The position numbers and the translations under genes were made by a program. Under the pieces are notes generated by a model. It was not told where the DNA came from, did not search any database, and saw only the letters and a program-made list of their open reading frames with translations. From positions 124,001 through 188,000 of the forward strand of contig NIVC01001006.1 of NCBI GenBank assembly GCA_002269645.1: 64,000 bases of DNA, read 5' to 3'. The DNA comes from Macrostomum lignano (taxonomy: Eukaryota). Positions 52,619 through 64,000 of this stretch are shown in pieces; position 1 is the stretch's first letter, and every line of letters starts with the position of its first letter.

Positions 52619-55600
52619 TCACTTCAAAAACCGCCGGCTGGCGCCGCCGTCGATGAGATCGCTGCTCTCGTGCGGGCACTCGACGGTCAGGCGGCCCCTG
52701 GTGGACAGGATCAGCATGTCGCGGGCCACCTCGCGGAAGCTGCGCTGCAGAACATGAAGCGGATGGGGTGGCGGTGGCGGCGGCTGAATGCAAATTACAG
52801 TAGCTACTGAATAGATTAACAAAAGTAGTGCCGACAGCATTTGCGCTTTATGGGGTCTTTCTTGGTCTGTTTTCAGTTCATAATTCCCTCTACCTTCTTG
52901 CGCTTAGCAAGCAGGGCGCAGCGGTAGCCGAACTCCAGCAGGGAGAGCACCACGCCGAAGGCGGTGCCGGCCACCAGGATGTAGAACAGGCCAGCCACGC
53001 TCTGCAGCTCCAGCGACTGCGCAGAGTTTTTCTGGGTGGGGGGGGAAAGAGATAGATTAGCTATCCATTCTATTCCTGCACCCATGATAGGCTAGATTAG
53101 CAATCCATTCTATTCCTGCACCCATGATAGGCTAGATTAGCAATCCATTCTATTCCTGCACCCATGATAGGCTAGATTAGCAATCCATTCTATTCCTGCA
53201 TCCATGATAGGCTAGATTAGCAATCCATTCTATTCCTGCACCCATGATAGGCTAGATTAGCAATCCATTCTATTCCTGCATCCATGATAGGCTAGATTAG
53301 CAATCCATTCCATTCCTGCATCCATGATAGGCTAGATTAGCAATCCATTCTATTCCTGCATCCATGATAGGCTAGATTAGCAATTCATGGCTCACCTTGG
53401 CGTCATCCTTCTCCTGGTTGGGGCAGGAGCCCTGCTTCTCGTACCACCACTTGGTCTGCAGGGCGCTGATGTCGCCCTTCTCCTTGAGCTGCAGCACATT
53501 CAGGTTGATGGGGTCGCGCAGGTCGGAGCCGCTGGGCGTGGCGATGCCGTAGCCGCGGCCGCTTTCGAGGTTGCCGCCAACCTTCATGGTGCGGCAGTTC
53601 TGCTGCGAGTAGTACTCGTTCATTGTGCTCTCCAGCAGGAAGGCGTAGTCATTGTTGGAGTTGAGCACCCGGTTCACCCCCTCCTGGATGGTGTCCACAA
53701 ACACGTTCGGGTTGGCCTCCATGAACTGCCACATGCGGCGGAAGTCCTGGCTTGTGGATTCCTGGGTGGTGGCGGCGGGCGGCTGGTTCCGACTGTGACT
53801 GGCCTTCGGGTTCCCGACTGCTGACACACAACGGATCACTTCTGACACACATGTGTCAAGCATGATAAATCAGAGTCACCCCTGACCCCTGCCATATCCA
53901 CTCCTGACACAAGCATGCGGTCACTCCTGACACAAGCATGCGGTCACTCCTGACACAAGCTTGCGGTCACTCCTGACACAAGCATGCGGTCATTCCTGAC
54001 ACAAGCATGCGGTCACTCCTGACACAAGCATGCGGTCACTCCTGACACAAGTATGCGGTCACTCCTGACACAAGCATGCGGTCATTCCTGACACAAGCAT
54101 GCGGTCATTCCTGACACAAGCATGCGGTCATTCCTGACACAAGCATGCGGTCATTCCTGACACAAGTATGCGGTCACTCCTGACACAAGCATGCGGTCAC
54201 TCCTGACACAAGAATGCGGTCACTCCTGACACAAGTATGCGGTCATTCCTGACACAAGCATGCGGTCACTCCTGACACAAGCATGCGGTCACTCCTGACA
54301 CAAGCATGCGGTCACTCCTGACACAAGCATGCGGTCATTCCTGACACAAGCATGCGGTCATTCCTGACACAAGCATGCGGTCATTCCTGACACAAGCATG
54401 CGGTCATTCCTGACACAAGTATGCGGTCACTCCTGACACAAGCATGCGGTCACTCCTGACACAAGCTTGCGGTCACTCCTGACACAAGCATGCGGTCACT
54501 CCTGACACAAGCATGCGGTCACTCCTGACACAAGCATGCGGTCACTCCTGACACAAGTATGCGGTCACTCCTGACACAAGCATGCGGTCATTCCTGACAC
54601 AAGCATGCGGTCACTCCTGACACAAGCATGCGGTCATTCCTGACACAAGCATGCGGTCATTCCTGACACAAGTATGCGGTCACTCCTGACACAAGCATGC
54701 GGTCACTCCTGACACAAGTATGCGGTCATTCCTGACACAAGCATGCGGTCACTCCTGACACAAGCATGCGGTCACTCCTGACACAAGCATGCGGTCACTC
54801 CTGACACAATTATGCGGTCACTCCTGACACACTGATATTGATGATATCTCTGGAGCACTAATCCGCCGTATTTTCATTTCCCCAGGCTGCAATTTCACAC
54901 CCGAAACCTCGAAGCCACGCCGGCTCACCCGGAAGAAGTCCTTGGACGAGCCCGAGTTCACCACGCCGTACTTGATCTTGGTCTGCTTGGCCAGGTCCTC
55001 GTAGGACTGGATGGGGGTGGACATTCGCTCCACGGTCAGGAAGGCGGCCAGGTTGGCCGTGTACGAGCTAACGATGATCAGCGTGAAGAACCACCAGACG
55101 CTGCCGACGATCCTGCCCGACAGCGACCTCGGCGAGATGTCGCCACCCTGCTGCATGAAGGCGCTTAAAGCGAACCACAGCGAGTTGAAGATGCTGAAAT
55201 CGTTGATGACGCGACCTGGCGGGCCCCCCGACTCCTGGCTCATGTACCACTCGTACGGGCTGAACCGGCTCACCACGAACAGCACCACGCTGACGCCCAA
55301 GTAGGCGAAGGCGATGCACATCCAGATCTCCATGGACAGCGGCTTCATGAAGCCGAACCGGTCCGACTCCGCCTTGGTCGGGCGCAGGAACATCACGCTG
55401 AGCCCCACCTCCATGTAGGGCGTGGAGAAGTCCACCGCCTTCTCCCTCTTCGACGTGATGGTCAGCGGCGCCACGGCGATGTCCGCCTCCTGTTGGGGCA
55501 GGTTGGGATGGGATGGGCCCGGCTGCTAACGGCAGATCAAAGTGTTGCACTGAAAGCATAAAGTATGAAAAGTACTGTAATGCGCGTCACAAGCCTACTA

Positions 55601-58600
55601 TTAGTAGGTTTGTCAAGTCGCGTTGCGGCTACTATTGGAGAGTCTTGAGAGTGACGAATGGAGTCCCTGAAGCCAGGCAAAGCCGAGCCGCGCCGCACGC
55701 ACCTGTCTGTACAGCTCGCCGATCATGCCGTTCCACGTGCCGTTGTTGCTGTCGTCCCCGAAGTTTCCGTCCGCCACCGGCTTGATGACGTAATCAAAGC
55801 CGATCTTCCGGGCCAGCTGCTTGATGAAGTCGGCGCAGAATCCCGTAAATCGCTCGTTGCCGACCAGCGGCGTGCCGTCAAAGCTGGTGTTGCCGCGCAG
55901 CATCAGGAACGGCTCAGACAGGATGCTCGTCACCACCCGGGTCCGGTTGCTGAAGTTCAGGCGGAGGCCTTTCTTTCGCAGCTTGCTGCGGGTGATGCGG
56001 AAGCCGCCGTCACGTGACCACTCGCTGATCTGGAGAAGGCGGATCCGGTGACAGCTGGCTGATTCATCTGTCCGCTGGTTGACTTGTCACAGTACCGTGA
56101 ATGCGTCAGTGGGTCAGGCAGTTTGTCAGGTCATTGTGTCAGCAGGTGTCATTCAAGGGAGCAGTCACTGTTTCAGTCAGCGTGTCATTTAGTGGGTCAA
56201 GTATTGTCAGTGTTTCAGGCAGTGTGTCAGGTAGTGGATCAGGCAGTGGGTCAGGCAGTGTGTCAGGCAGTGTATCAGGCAGTGTGTCAGGCAGTGTGTC
56301 AGGCAGTGTGTCAGTCAGTGGGTCATGGAGTGTGTCAGGCAGTGATCTGTCAGTGGGTCAGGTAGTGTGTCAGGCAGTGTGTCAGGCAGTGGGTCATGGA
56401 GTGTGTCAGGCAGTGGTCTGTCAGTGGGTCAGGTAGTGGGTCAGTCAGTGGGTCAGGCAGTGGGTCAATCAGTGGGTCAATCAGTGGGTCATTCAGTGGG
56501 TCAGTCAGTGGGTCAGGCAGTGTGTCAGACAGTGGGTCAGTCAGTGGGTCAGTGAATGGGTCAGTCAGTTGCTCACGGGCAGCAGCTCGGACTTGACCCC
56601 GGCCTCGAACACCTGCACCCGGAAACGGTCCCGGTAGCCGGTCCTGTTGAACTCCACCCAGCCCGTTAGGCCTTCAAAACCAGCGCCGGCGCCGTGGCGG
56701 GCGCTTTTGATGGCGCCAGACAGGCTGGCAGCCGGGTAGGCGGGCGTCAGCGTCGGCAGGCAGTCGTCGGCCTGGCGGCGGGTCTGGCGGACTGCGGGCA
56801 GCTGCTCGTGCGCCCGGACCAGGGCCTCCATGCCGTCTAGCATCAGCGCGGCGGACAGCTGCGGCCGAGTGACGGTGGGAGTGTCTTTAGAGTGACGGTG
56901 GGAGTGTCTTTAGAGTGACGGTGGGAGTGTCTCTAGAGTGAAGGTGGGAGTGTCTTTAGAGTGAAGGTGGGAGTGTCTCTAGAGTGACGGTGGGAGTGTC
57001 TCTAGAGTGAAGGTGGGAGTGTCTTTAGAGTGAAGGTGGGAGTGTCTCTAGAGTGACGATGGAAGTGTCTCTAGAGTGAAGGTGGGAGTGTCTTTAGAGT
57101 GACGGTGGGAGTGTCTTTAGAGTGACGGCAGGAGTGTCTTTAGAGTGAGGGTGAGAGTGTCTCTAGAGTGACAAAAGAGGAGAGAGTTTTATGAGGACTA
57201 GTGAGATTAGGAGTGAGATCGTCTTTAGGGTGACAACAAGAGTGCCCTCAGAGTACGAGTAGCAGCGGGATCTCTGTGAAGTCACTGGACCTGCCGCGAA
57301 GCCTCACCGGCACGACCCCCTGCAAGTTGTCGAACTTCGTCGGCCACCGCCTCAGCCGCTCCTCCTGGCTCCAGAACTCGTCGCGGAAGCGGCGAAATTT
57401 GGGATTTGAAGCGTTCAGCAGGGAGAATCCCGTGATGTTAACGCCGCCGTGACGGAAGGATGTCATATTCAGCTCGTTCATGTCCTGAGAGGTTATCGGG
57501 TGCATTTCAGATCCAAATCTGTTGGAAAAGGCAATCTGACAACTTGTATAAAAATATGCAGCCTCACCGATCCCATGATCAGGTAGTGGTAGTTGAACCG
57601 GCTGCTCCTGATCGATCGGATCTGCGAGAATGCGAGTGATTTCTAAGAAATTGAAACTTTGGTTCCTCGTGATTTTTAAGAAATCAACTCTGCTCTCATT
57701 GCTGTAAAAGTTTTCTAAGAAACCAATTTTTCCTAGCTTCCTAAAAAGCCAAAAGCGTTTATTTTAAGAAACTTCGTGTAAATTTCTAAGAAATCAAAAT
57801 TTTGGAGAGCTTTCTACGAAACCAATACCCTGTACAGCTTTCTAAAAAACCAACATCTTGGAGAAATTTCTAAGAAACCAATATCCTGGAGAGATTTCTA
57901 AGAAACCAATATCCTGGAGAAATTTCTAAGAAACCAATATCCTGGAGAGATTTCTAAGAAACCAATGTCTTGCAGAACTTTCTCGAAGCCAATACCTGCC
58001 TAAGTTTCTAAGAAACCAATATCTTGGAGAGATTTCTAAGAAACAAATATCTTGGCGAGATTTTTAAGAAACAAATATCTTGGAGAGATTTCTAAGAAAC
58101 AAATATCTTGCAGAGATTTCTAAGAAACCAATATCCAGAAGAGATATCTAAGAAACCAATATCTTAGAGAGATTTCTAATAAACCAATGCCTTGCCCAAG
58201 TTTCTAAGAAACTAATGCCTTGCTCAAGTTTCTAAGAAACCACTATCTTGGAGAGATTTCTAAGAAACCAATGCTTTGCCCAAGTTTCCAAGAAACCAAT
58301 ATGTCCTCGAGTTTTCTTAAAAGCAAAATCTTGCAGAGCGTTCTAAGGAACCAATATTTTATTGAGTTTTCTAAGAATTCATTATCTTGTTAAGCTTCCT
58401 AAGTAGCCATAAGAGCACACACAGGTGTCTAAGAAATAAATCGACACAAATGCTCAGCTATCACAGAAACCGACAACAGCCCGCAGCTTTCCATGAAATC
58501 AGTCAGCGCTACTGAAAGGTCAAGGATTGCCCAATTTTCCCAGCAAAGCCCTGGAACAGTTTCCATAAGCGGCCCCAACTAACCTCAGCAAAGAGTTTCC

Positions 58601-61600
58601 GCTGCAGTTCCTGATCGGAAACGTCTAGAAAGACTCGTTTCAGCGTCTCCTTGGACTTTTTATCGATATAGTTCAGTACGGTGGCCGCCGCGGCGCTCCT
58701 GTCGCTGTTGTCCGTCAGATCCCGGATGTCAGCGCTGATTGTGGCGTCCCGGTTGTTGTAGGCCTCGAATAGCTCGCGCAGGCGGAGCAGGGCTGCAGAT
58801 TGGGGAGCGGATTGCGCCAGTCTGACTGGGAGAGGAGCCTTAGCGACCAGGTGCCAGTTTGCGTGCGGCCTTAGCAACCGAATTTCATATTTGTGCGGCC
58901 TTAGCAACCGAATTTCAGATTTGTGCGGCCTTAGCAACCGAATGTCAGACTGTGTGTGGCCTTAGCAACCGAAATTTCAGATTGTGACCATATGATCGTC
59001 TCTAAACAGTAACTATAGCACTGTGAACTACTGTCTTAGCAACTGGTCTTAGCAACCGGCCTTAGCAACCGACTTAGCAACTGCATCTACGAAAGAGTGT
59101 TTCAAACGCTTTTGCGGAGAAGCTCTCCGAGGCATATCGCTCTGTCACCATAGTGACAAATACTAATCCCATATGCTAGTTTAAGCTAAAAGTCTTCTTT
59201 GATGTTTTGCTCAGCGGCTCCGGTCCATCAGCGGAGCACCCGCAAGACATTGCGATTCCCAGGGGACACCAAGGCGGCCTCTGTTTCCGCACAGACTCGA
59301 GCCAGTTTGCAGCAGTTTGCCTGCGCAGCCCCATGCTAATGAGGCTCCTGCTGTGCTGGAAGACTCGAATGCCTCTACGCTAATTTTTCCAATTGATTTT
59401 TCAGCTCATCAAGAATCTGGCATGCAGCTGGGACACTCAGATCTGTCCAGCTCCGCATATCTTAAAGAGACATCCCAGCGTACGAAAAGTACAATTCAAA
59501 TCTCACATATGAACTCATGTATCCCAATTGGACACTGCATCATCCCAACCGGACACCGCATAATCCCAACCGGACACTGCATAATCCCAACCGGACACTG
59601 CATCATCACAACCGGACACTGCATAATCCCAACCGGACAATGCATCATCACAACCGGACAATGCATCATCACAACCGGACACTGGATCATCCCAACTGGA
59701 CACTGCATCATCCCAACCGGACACTGCATAATCCCAACCGGACACTGCATCATCCCAACCGGACACTGCATAATCCCAACCGGACACTGCATCATCCCAA
59801 CCGGACACTGCATCATCCCAACCGGACAATGCATCATCACAACCGGACACTCATCATTCCAACCGAACACTCATCATCACAACCGGACACTGCATAATCT
59901 TAACCGGACAATGCATATTCCCAACCGGACACTCATCATCACAACCGGACACTGCATCAACCCAACCGGACACTGCATCAACCCAACCCGACACTGCATA
60001 ATCCCAACCGGACAATGCATCATCACAACCGGACAATGCATCATCACAACCGGACACTGCATCATCACAACCGGACACTGCATCAACCCAACCCGACACT
60101 GCATAATCCCAACCGGACAATGCATCATCACAACCGGACAATGCATCATCACAACCGGACACTCATCATCACAACCGGACACTGCATCATCCCAACCGGA
60201 CACTGTATCATTCCAACTGGACACTGCATCATCCCAACCGGACACTGCATCATCCCAACCGGACACTGCATCATCCCAACCGGACACTGTCCAGTCCCAG
60301 CCCACCCAAACGGCTCACCGGACTGGCTGTCGTACAGGAAGAAGAACCGCTCCCAGTTCTCATGGTCAATGATGGCAATGAGAGCCTGGGTGATGACCGG
60401 CTTCAGCCTGATGAGGAACTTGCCATGCACCCTGCTGCCTCCGCGGCCGCTGGAGCTTCCGCCGCCGCCGCTAGCTCTGCTGGCGCCTCCTCCGCTGCTC
60501 GTCTTTTGGCGCCGGTGCACAATCCTGTCCGGCTGCAGCTGATCAACGAAGCTGTTGGTCAGGTACAGCACGGCCAGGTTGTCCGTCATCGACTGCACCA
60601 TGGGCAGCGTCTTGTAGTGGGCCGGCCCGAATATGGCGAGAACGCCTCGCGACACCAGCCGGCAGACTGCAGCGGTTGTGGGGGGTGACAGGGGGCGACG
60701 CACTCGTACGCTCGAGGGTAACAGATAGTGACAGATAGTGACAGATTGTGACAGATAGTGACAGATAGTGACAGATTGTGACAGATTACGCCAGATGAGA
60801 CAGAGATTGATAGATAGTGACAGAGAGTAACAGATAGTGGCAGATAGTAAAAGTGTGACAAATAGTGACAGATAGTGATCGATGGTGACAGATAGTGACG
60901 AATAGTGACATAGGGTGACAGATAGTGACATATAGTTATAGATAGTGACAGATAGTGACATATAGTTATAGATCGTGACAGATAGTGACAAATTGTGACA
61001 GATTGTGACAGATAGTGACAGAGAGTGACAGAGGGTGACAGATCGTGACAGAGGGTGACAAAGGGTGACAGAGGTGGACATTGAGCGATACAAAATAGCA
61101 TATCAGATGTGAAAGAGAGTGAAAGAGGGAAAGCGGTGTGCCGGCAGTGACTGAGTGAAAAGTGCTCAGCTACCGGCTTGAGCTGGCCCGAATCGAACTC
61201 CCCACCCAGCCGGTCAGCGGAGCCGCCCCGCCACTCACTGGCGCTGCTGATCTGAAACGAGTCCTCAGGATTTTCCACGAACTCGACGGCGGCCTCGTAG
61301 CGGTCCCGGCGGCCCCCCAGCGGCCCGAACCAGGAGAAGCTGGCGGGGCCGGCCAAGCGGTCGCCGCTGTCGCTACGCAAGCGGAGCTGCTCGATGGCGA
61401 AGTTGAAGGCAGCGTAGCTGGCAGACTGCAGGCTGCTGTTCTTGAAGATGCCGCCTGCGGTGGTTAGGGTGTGGGGATTCGTAGCTGCGGAGTGTGGGGA
61501 TTCGTAGCTGTGGAGTGTGGGGATTCGTAGCTGTGGAGTGTGGGGATTCGTAGCTGCGGAGTGTGGGGACTCGTAGCTGTGGAGTGTGGGGATTCGTAGC

Positions 61601-63569
61601 TGCGGAGTGTGGGGATTCGTAGCTGTAGAGTGTGGGGATTCGTAGCTGCGGAGTGTGGGGATTCTTAGCTGTGGAGTGTGGGGATTCGTAGCTGCGGAGT
61701 GTGGGGATTCGTAGCTGCGGAGTGTGGGGATTCGTAGCTGCAAAGTGTGGGGATTCGTAGCTGTGGAGTGTGGGGATTCGTAGCTGTGGAGTGTGGGGAT
61801 TCGTAGCTGTGGAGTGTGGGGATTCGTAGCTGCAAAGTGTGGGGATTCGTAGCTGCGGAGTGTGGGGATTCGTAGCTGTGGAGTGTGGGGATTCGTAGCT
61901 GTGTAGTGTGGGGATTCGTAGCTGTAGAGTGTGGGGATTCGTAGCTGCAAAGTGTGGGGATTCGTAGCTGCGGAGTGTGGGGATTCGTAGCTGTGGAGTG
62001 TGGGGATTCGTAGCTGCAGAGTGTGGGATTCGTAGCTGTGGAGTGTGGGGATTCGTAGCTGCAAAGTGTGGGGATTCGTAGCTGTGGAGTGTGGGGATTC
62101 GTAGCTGCAAAGTGTGGGGATTCGTAGCTGCAAAGTGTGGGGATTCGTAGCTGCGGAGTGTGGGGATTCGTAGCTGTGGAGTGTGGGGATTTCGTAACTG
62201 CGGAGTGTGGGGATTCGTAGCTGTAGAGTGTGGGGATTCGTAGCTGCGGAGTGTGGGGATTCTTAGCTGTGGAGTGTGGAGATTCGTAACTGCGGAGTGT
62301 GGGGATTCTTAGCTGTGGAGTGTGGGGATTCGTAACTGCGGAGTGTGGGGATTCTTAGCTGTGGAGTGTGGGGATTCGTAGCTGTGGAGTGTGGGGATTC
62401 GTAGCTGTGGAGTGTGGGATTCGTAGCTGAGGAGTGTGGGGATTCCTAGCTGAGGAGTGTGGGGATTCGTAGCTGTGGAGTGTGGGGATTCGTAGCTGAG
62501 GAGTGTGGGGATTCGTAGCTGTGGAGTGTGGGGATTCGTAGCTGTGGAGTGTGGGATTCGTAGCTGAGGAGTGTGGGGATTCGTAGCTGTGGAGTGTGGG
62601 ATTCGCAGGCGCTAGTTGATTCCCGCATGCGAAGAGCAGCCACCCGGCAGTTGAGTCGATTCCATTTGATTTCCAACCGCCATCCCAAGGCGGCGCTGCG
62701 GCGGTCTCCAAGTTGCAATCGATTTTCCCTTTGATGAAGTCGCTGGCGGCGTGCGGCAGTGCGGGCTTGGAGAGCCCGGGGGACCCCAGCTGATCTAATG
62801 GACAGCTAAATAATTCAGGGGCCCGCGGTCTCGACAGTAAGGGATGGAAGGCGGGGGACTTCAGAGAAAACTGAGTTCCTTTTGACGTGCCTGTTTGCGG
62901 TTGAAGATGTGCTTGGAGGGTCTCTGAAGGGGCCGCGCTATCTACTCACTCACCAACTATGCATCACTTACCAACTCATATATCACTCACAAACTCATGC
63001 ATCACTCACAAACTCATGCATCACTCACAAACTCATGCATCACTCACAAACTCATGCATCACTCACAAACTCATGCATCACTCACAAACTCATGCATCAC
63101 TCACAAACTCATGCATCACTCACAAACTCATGCATCACTCACAAACTCATGCATCACTCACAAACTCATGCATCACTCACCACTTATGCATCACTCACCA
63201 ACTCATGCATCACTCACCACTTATGCATCACTCACCAACTCATATATCACTCACAAACTCATGCATCACTCACAAACTCATGCATCACTCACCACTCATG
63301 CATCACTCACAAACTCATGCATCACTCACCAACTCATGCATCACTCACAAACTCATGCATCACTCACCACTTATGCATTACTCATGATCTCACTTATTAA
63401 ATCACTCACAGACTCACTCATAAACTCACCCATGAACTCACTCATAGCGTCACTCACCAATAAGATAGGTTTTCTTGGCGGCCATTGCGCCTGGCGGAGC
63501 GGCGGCAGCCCAGATGAAGCAGCAGAGCAGCAAGCCGCAGCCGCCTCTCGGGAGGCTGAAGTGCTTCAT
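52619..63569 (-). CDS. Ionotropic glutamate receptor, AMPA-like, complete (12 exons, ~971 aa)
   Basis: Exons 63569-63458, 61454-61239, 60666-60319, 58792-58584, 57621-57568, 57484-57308, 56858-56577, 56029-55703, 55489-54929, 53761-53396, 53031-52894 and 52744-52619; all GT-AG, in phase, total 2916 nt. Signal peptide, [54 protein letters not shown]. Confidence 0.94.
53050..53390. repeat. 40-bp intronic minisatellite
   Basis: CAATCCATTCTATTCCTGCACCCATGATAGGCTAGATTAG, ~8 copies. Confidence 0.95.
53900..54830. repeat. 23-bp intronic minisatellite, ~40 copies
   Basis: CGGTCACTCCTGACACAAGCATG. Confidence 0.96.
56090..56565. repeat. ~12-bp degenerate intronic repeat (CAGTGTGTCAGG / CAGTGGGTCAGG)
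   Basis: Tandem copies abutting the splice donor at 56576. Confidence 0.9.
56870..57170. repeat. 23-bp intronic minisatellite
   Basis: AGAGTGACGGTGGGAGTGTCTTT, running up to the acceptor region at 56859. Confidence 0.93.
57640..58380. repeat. ~28-bp degenerate intronic minisatellite with TTCTAAGAA core
   Basis: AGAAACCAATATCTTGGAGAGATTTCTA-like units. Confidence 0.88.
59530..60290. repeat. 21-bp intronic minisatellite
   Basis: CAACCGGACACTGCATCATCC. Confidence 0.95.
60720..61075. repeat. 10-bp intronic repeat (GTGACAGATA)
   Basis: Tandem copies in iGluR intron 2. Confidence 0.9.
61465..62600. repeat. 23-bp intronic minisatellite, ~48 copies
   Basis: GTGTGGGGATTCGTAGCTGTGGA. Confidence 0.96.
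62945..63380. repeat. 19-bp intronic minisatellite
   Basis: ATCACTCACAAACTCATGC. Confidence 0.94.
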
Positions 63570-64000
63570 CCTGTCTGGCAGAAGAAAAAGCAACCGAGCT
63601 GCAACTGCAAACTGCAACGCGCTGAGCAGGCAGAGAAGCGGAGAGAAGGGCGATGATAAACTGCTCATGCCTCCGCAGAGATCGGGTTTCCCGCCATAGC
63701 GGCTCATCCGCCTCTCCTGGGGCCACAGGAGGAGAATTCCCGTCCCGGGCAAGGGGCTGCTGCTCCAATCGGCTTGGGCTGAGCATTTCTGGGTCGCCTC
63801 TCTTCAAGCTGGCGGCTTAGGACAAGCCTCTCCTCTATCCTGCTTCATCGGAATCTCAGCCTCTCCACCTCGCTGTGGCGCCGCACTCAGACAGGGGGGG
63901 GGGGCAGTTTGTCACCAAACGGCCGCCACTCAGACCCCGGCTTGAGAACTCGAGCGGAGAGGAAGGAGGGACACTGCGGTGCCAGCAGCGCGGCAGTGAC

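Noticed and set aside
62600-62800. GC-rich unique island in iGluR intron 1 as a cassette exon
   Set aside because: An acceptor and open frame exist, but the only nearby donor is weak and out of phase with the next exon.

Overview
Repeat-rich metazoan genomic DNA with GC-rich exons and AT-rich intergenic stretches. The style suggests a free-living flatworm such as Macrostomum, but that is an inference only. Host genes: the 3' four exons of glycyl-tRNA synthetase (+), a solitary stem-loop-type histone H4 (-), a 2-exon METTL27-like methyltransferase (-), a 4-exon FBXO38 with one apparent frameshift (+), a 3-exon DHRS11-like SDR (+), and a complete 12-exon AMPA-like ionotropic glutamate receptor of about 971 aa (-). 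Mobile DNA: an RTE-type LINE fragment, a tRNA-derived SINE, a Penelope-type minimal hammerhead ribozyme, and an intron-containing Crypton-like (DUF3504-type) tyrosine recombinase. There is also a nested cluster (MITE, MITE-end satellite, 10-kb LOA/R1-like LINE with RNase H, Gypsy LTR element), a 4.3-kb TIR transposon, a Merlin-like transposase relic and several hAT/Harbinger-like MITEs. About 17 of 20 host-gene introns contain their own unrelated minisatellite. The most unusual region is 8.6-14.8 kb, which holds the hammerhead, the lone H4, two orphan histone stem-loops, the tyrosine recombinase and a GACACGGC motif cluster. All coordinates were read by eye and no database search was run.
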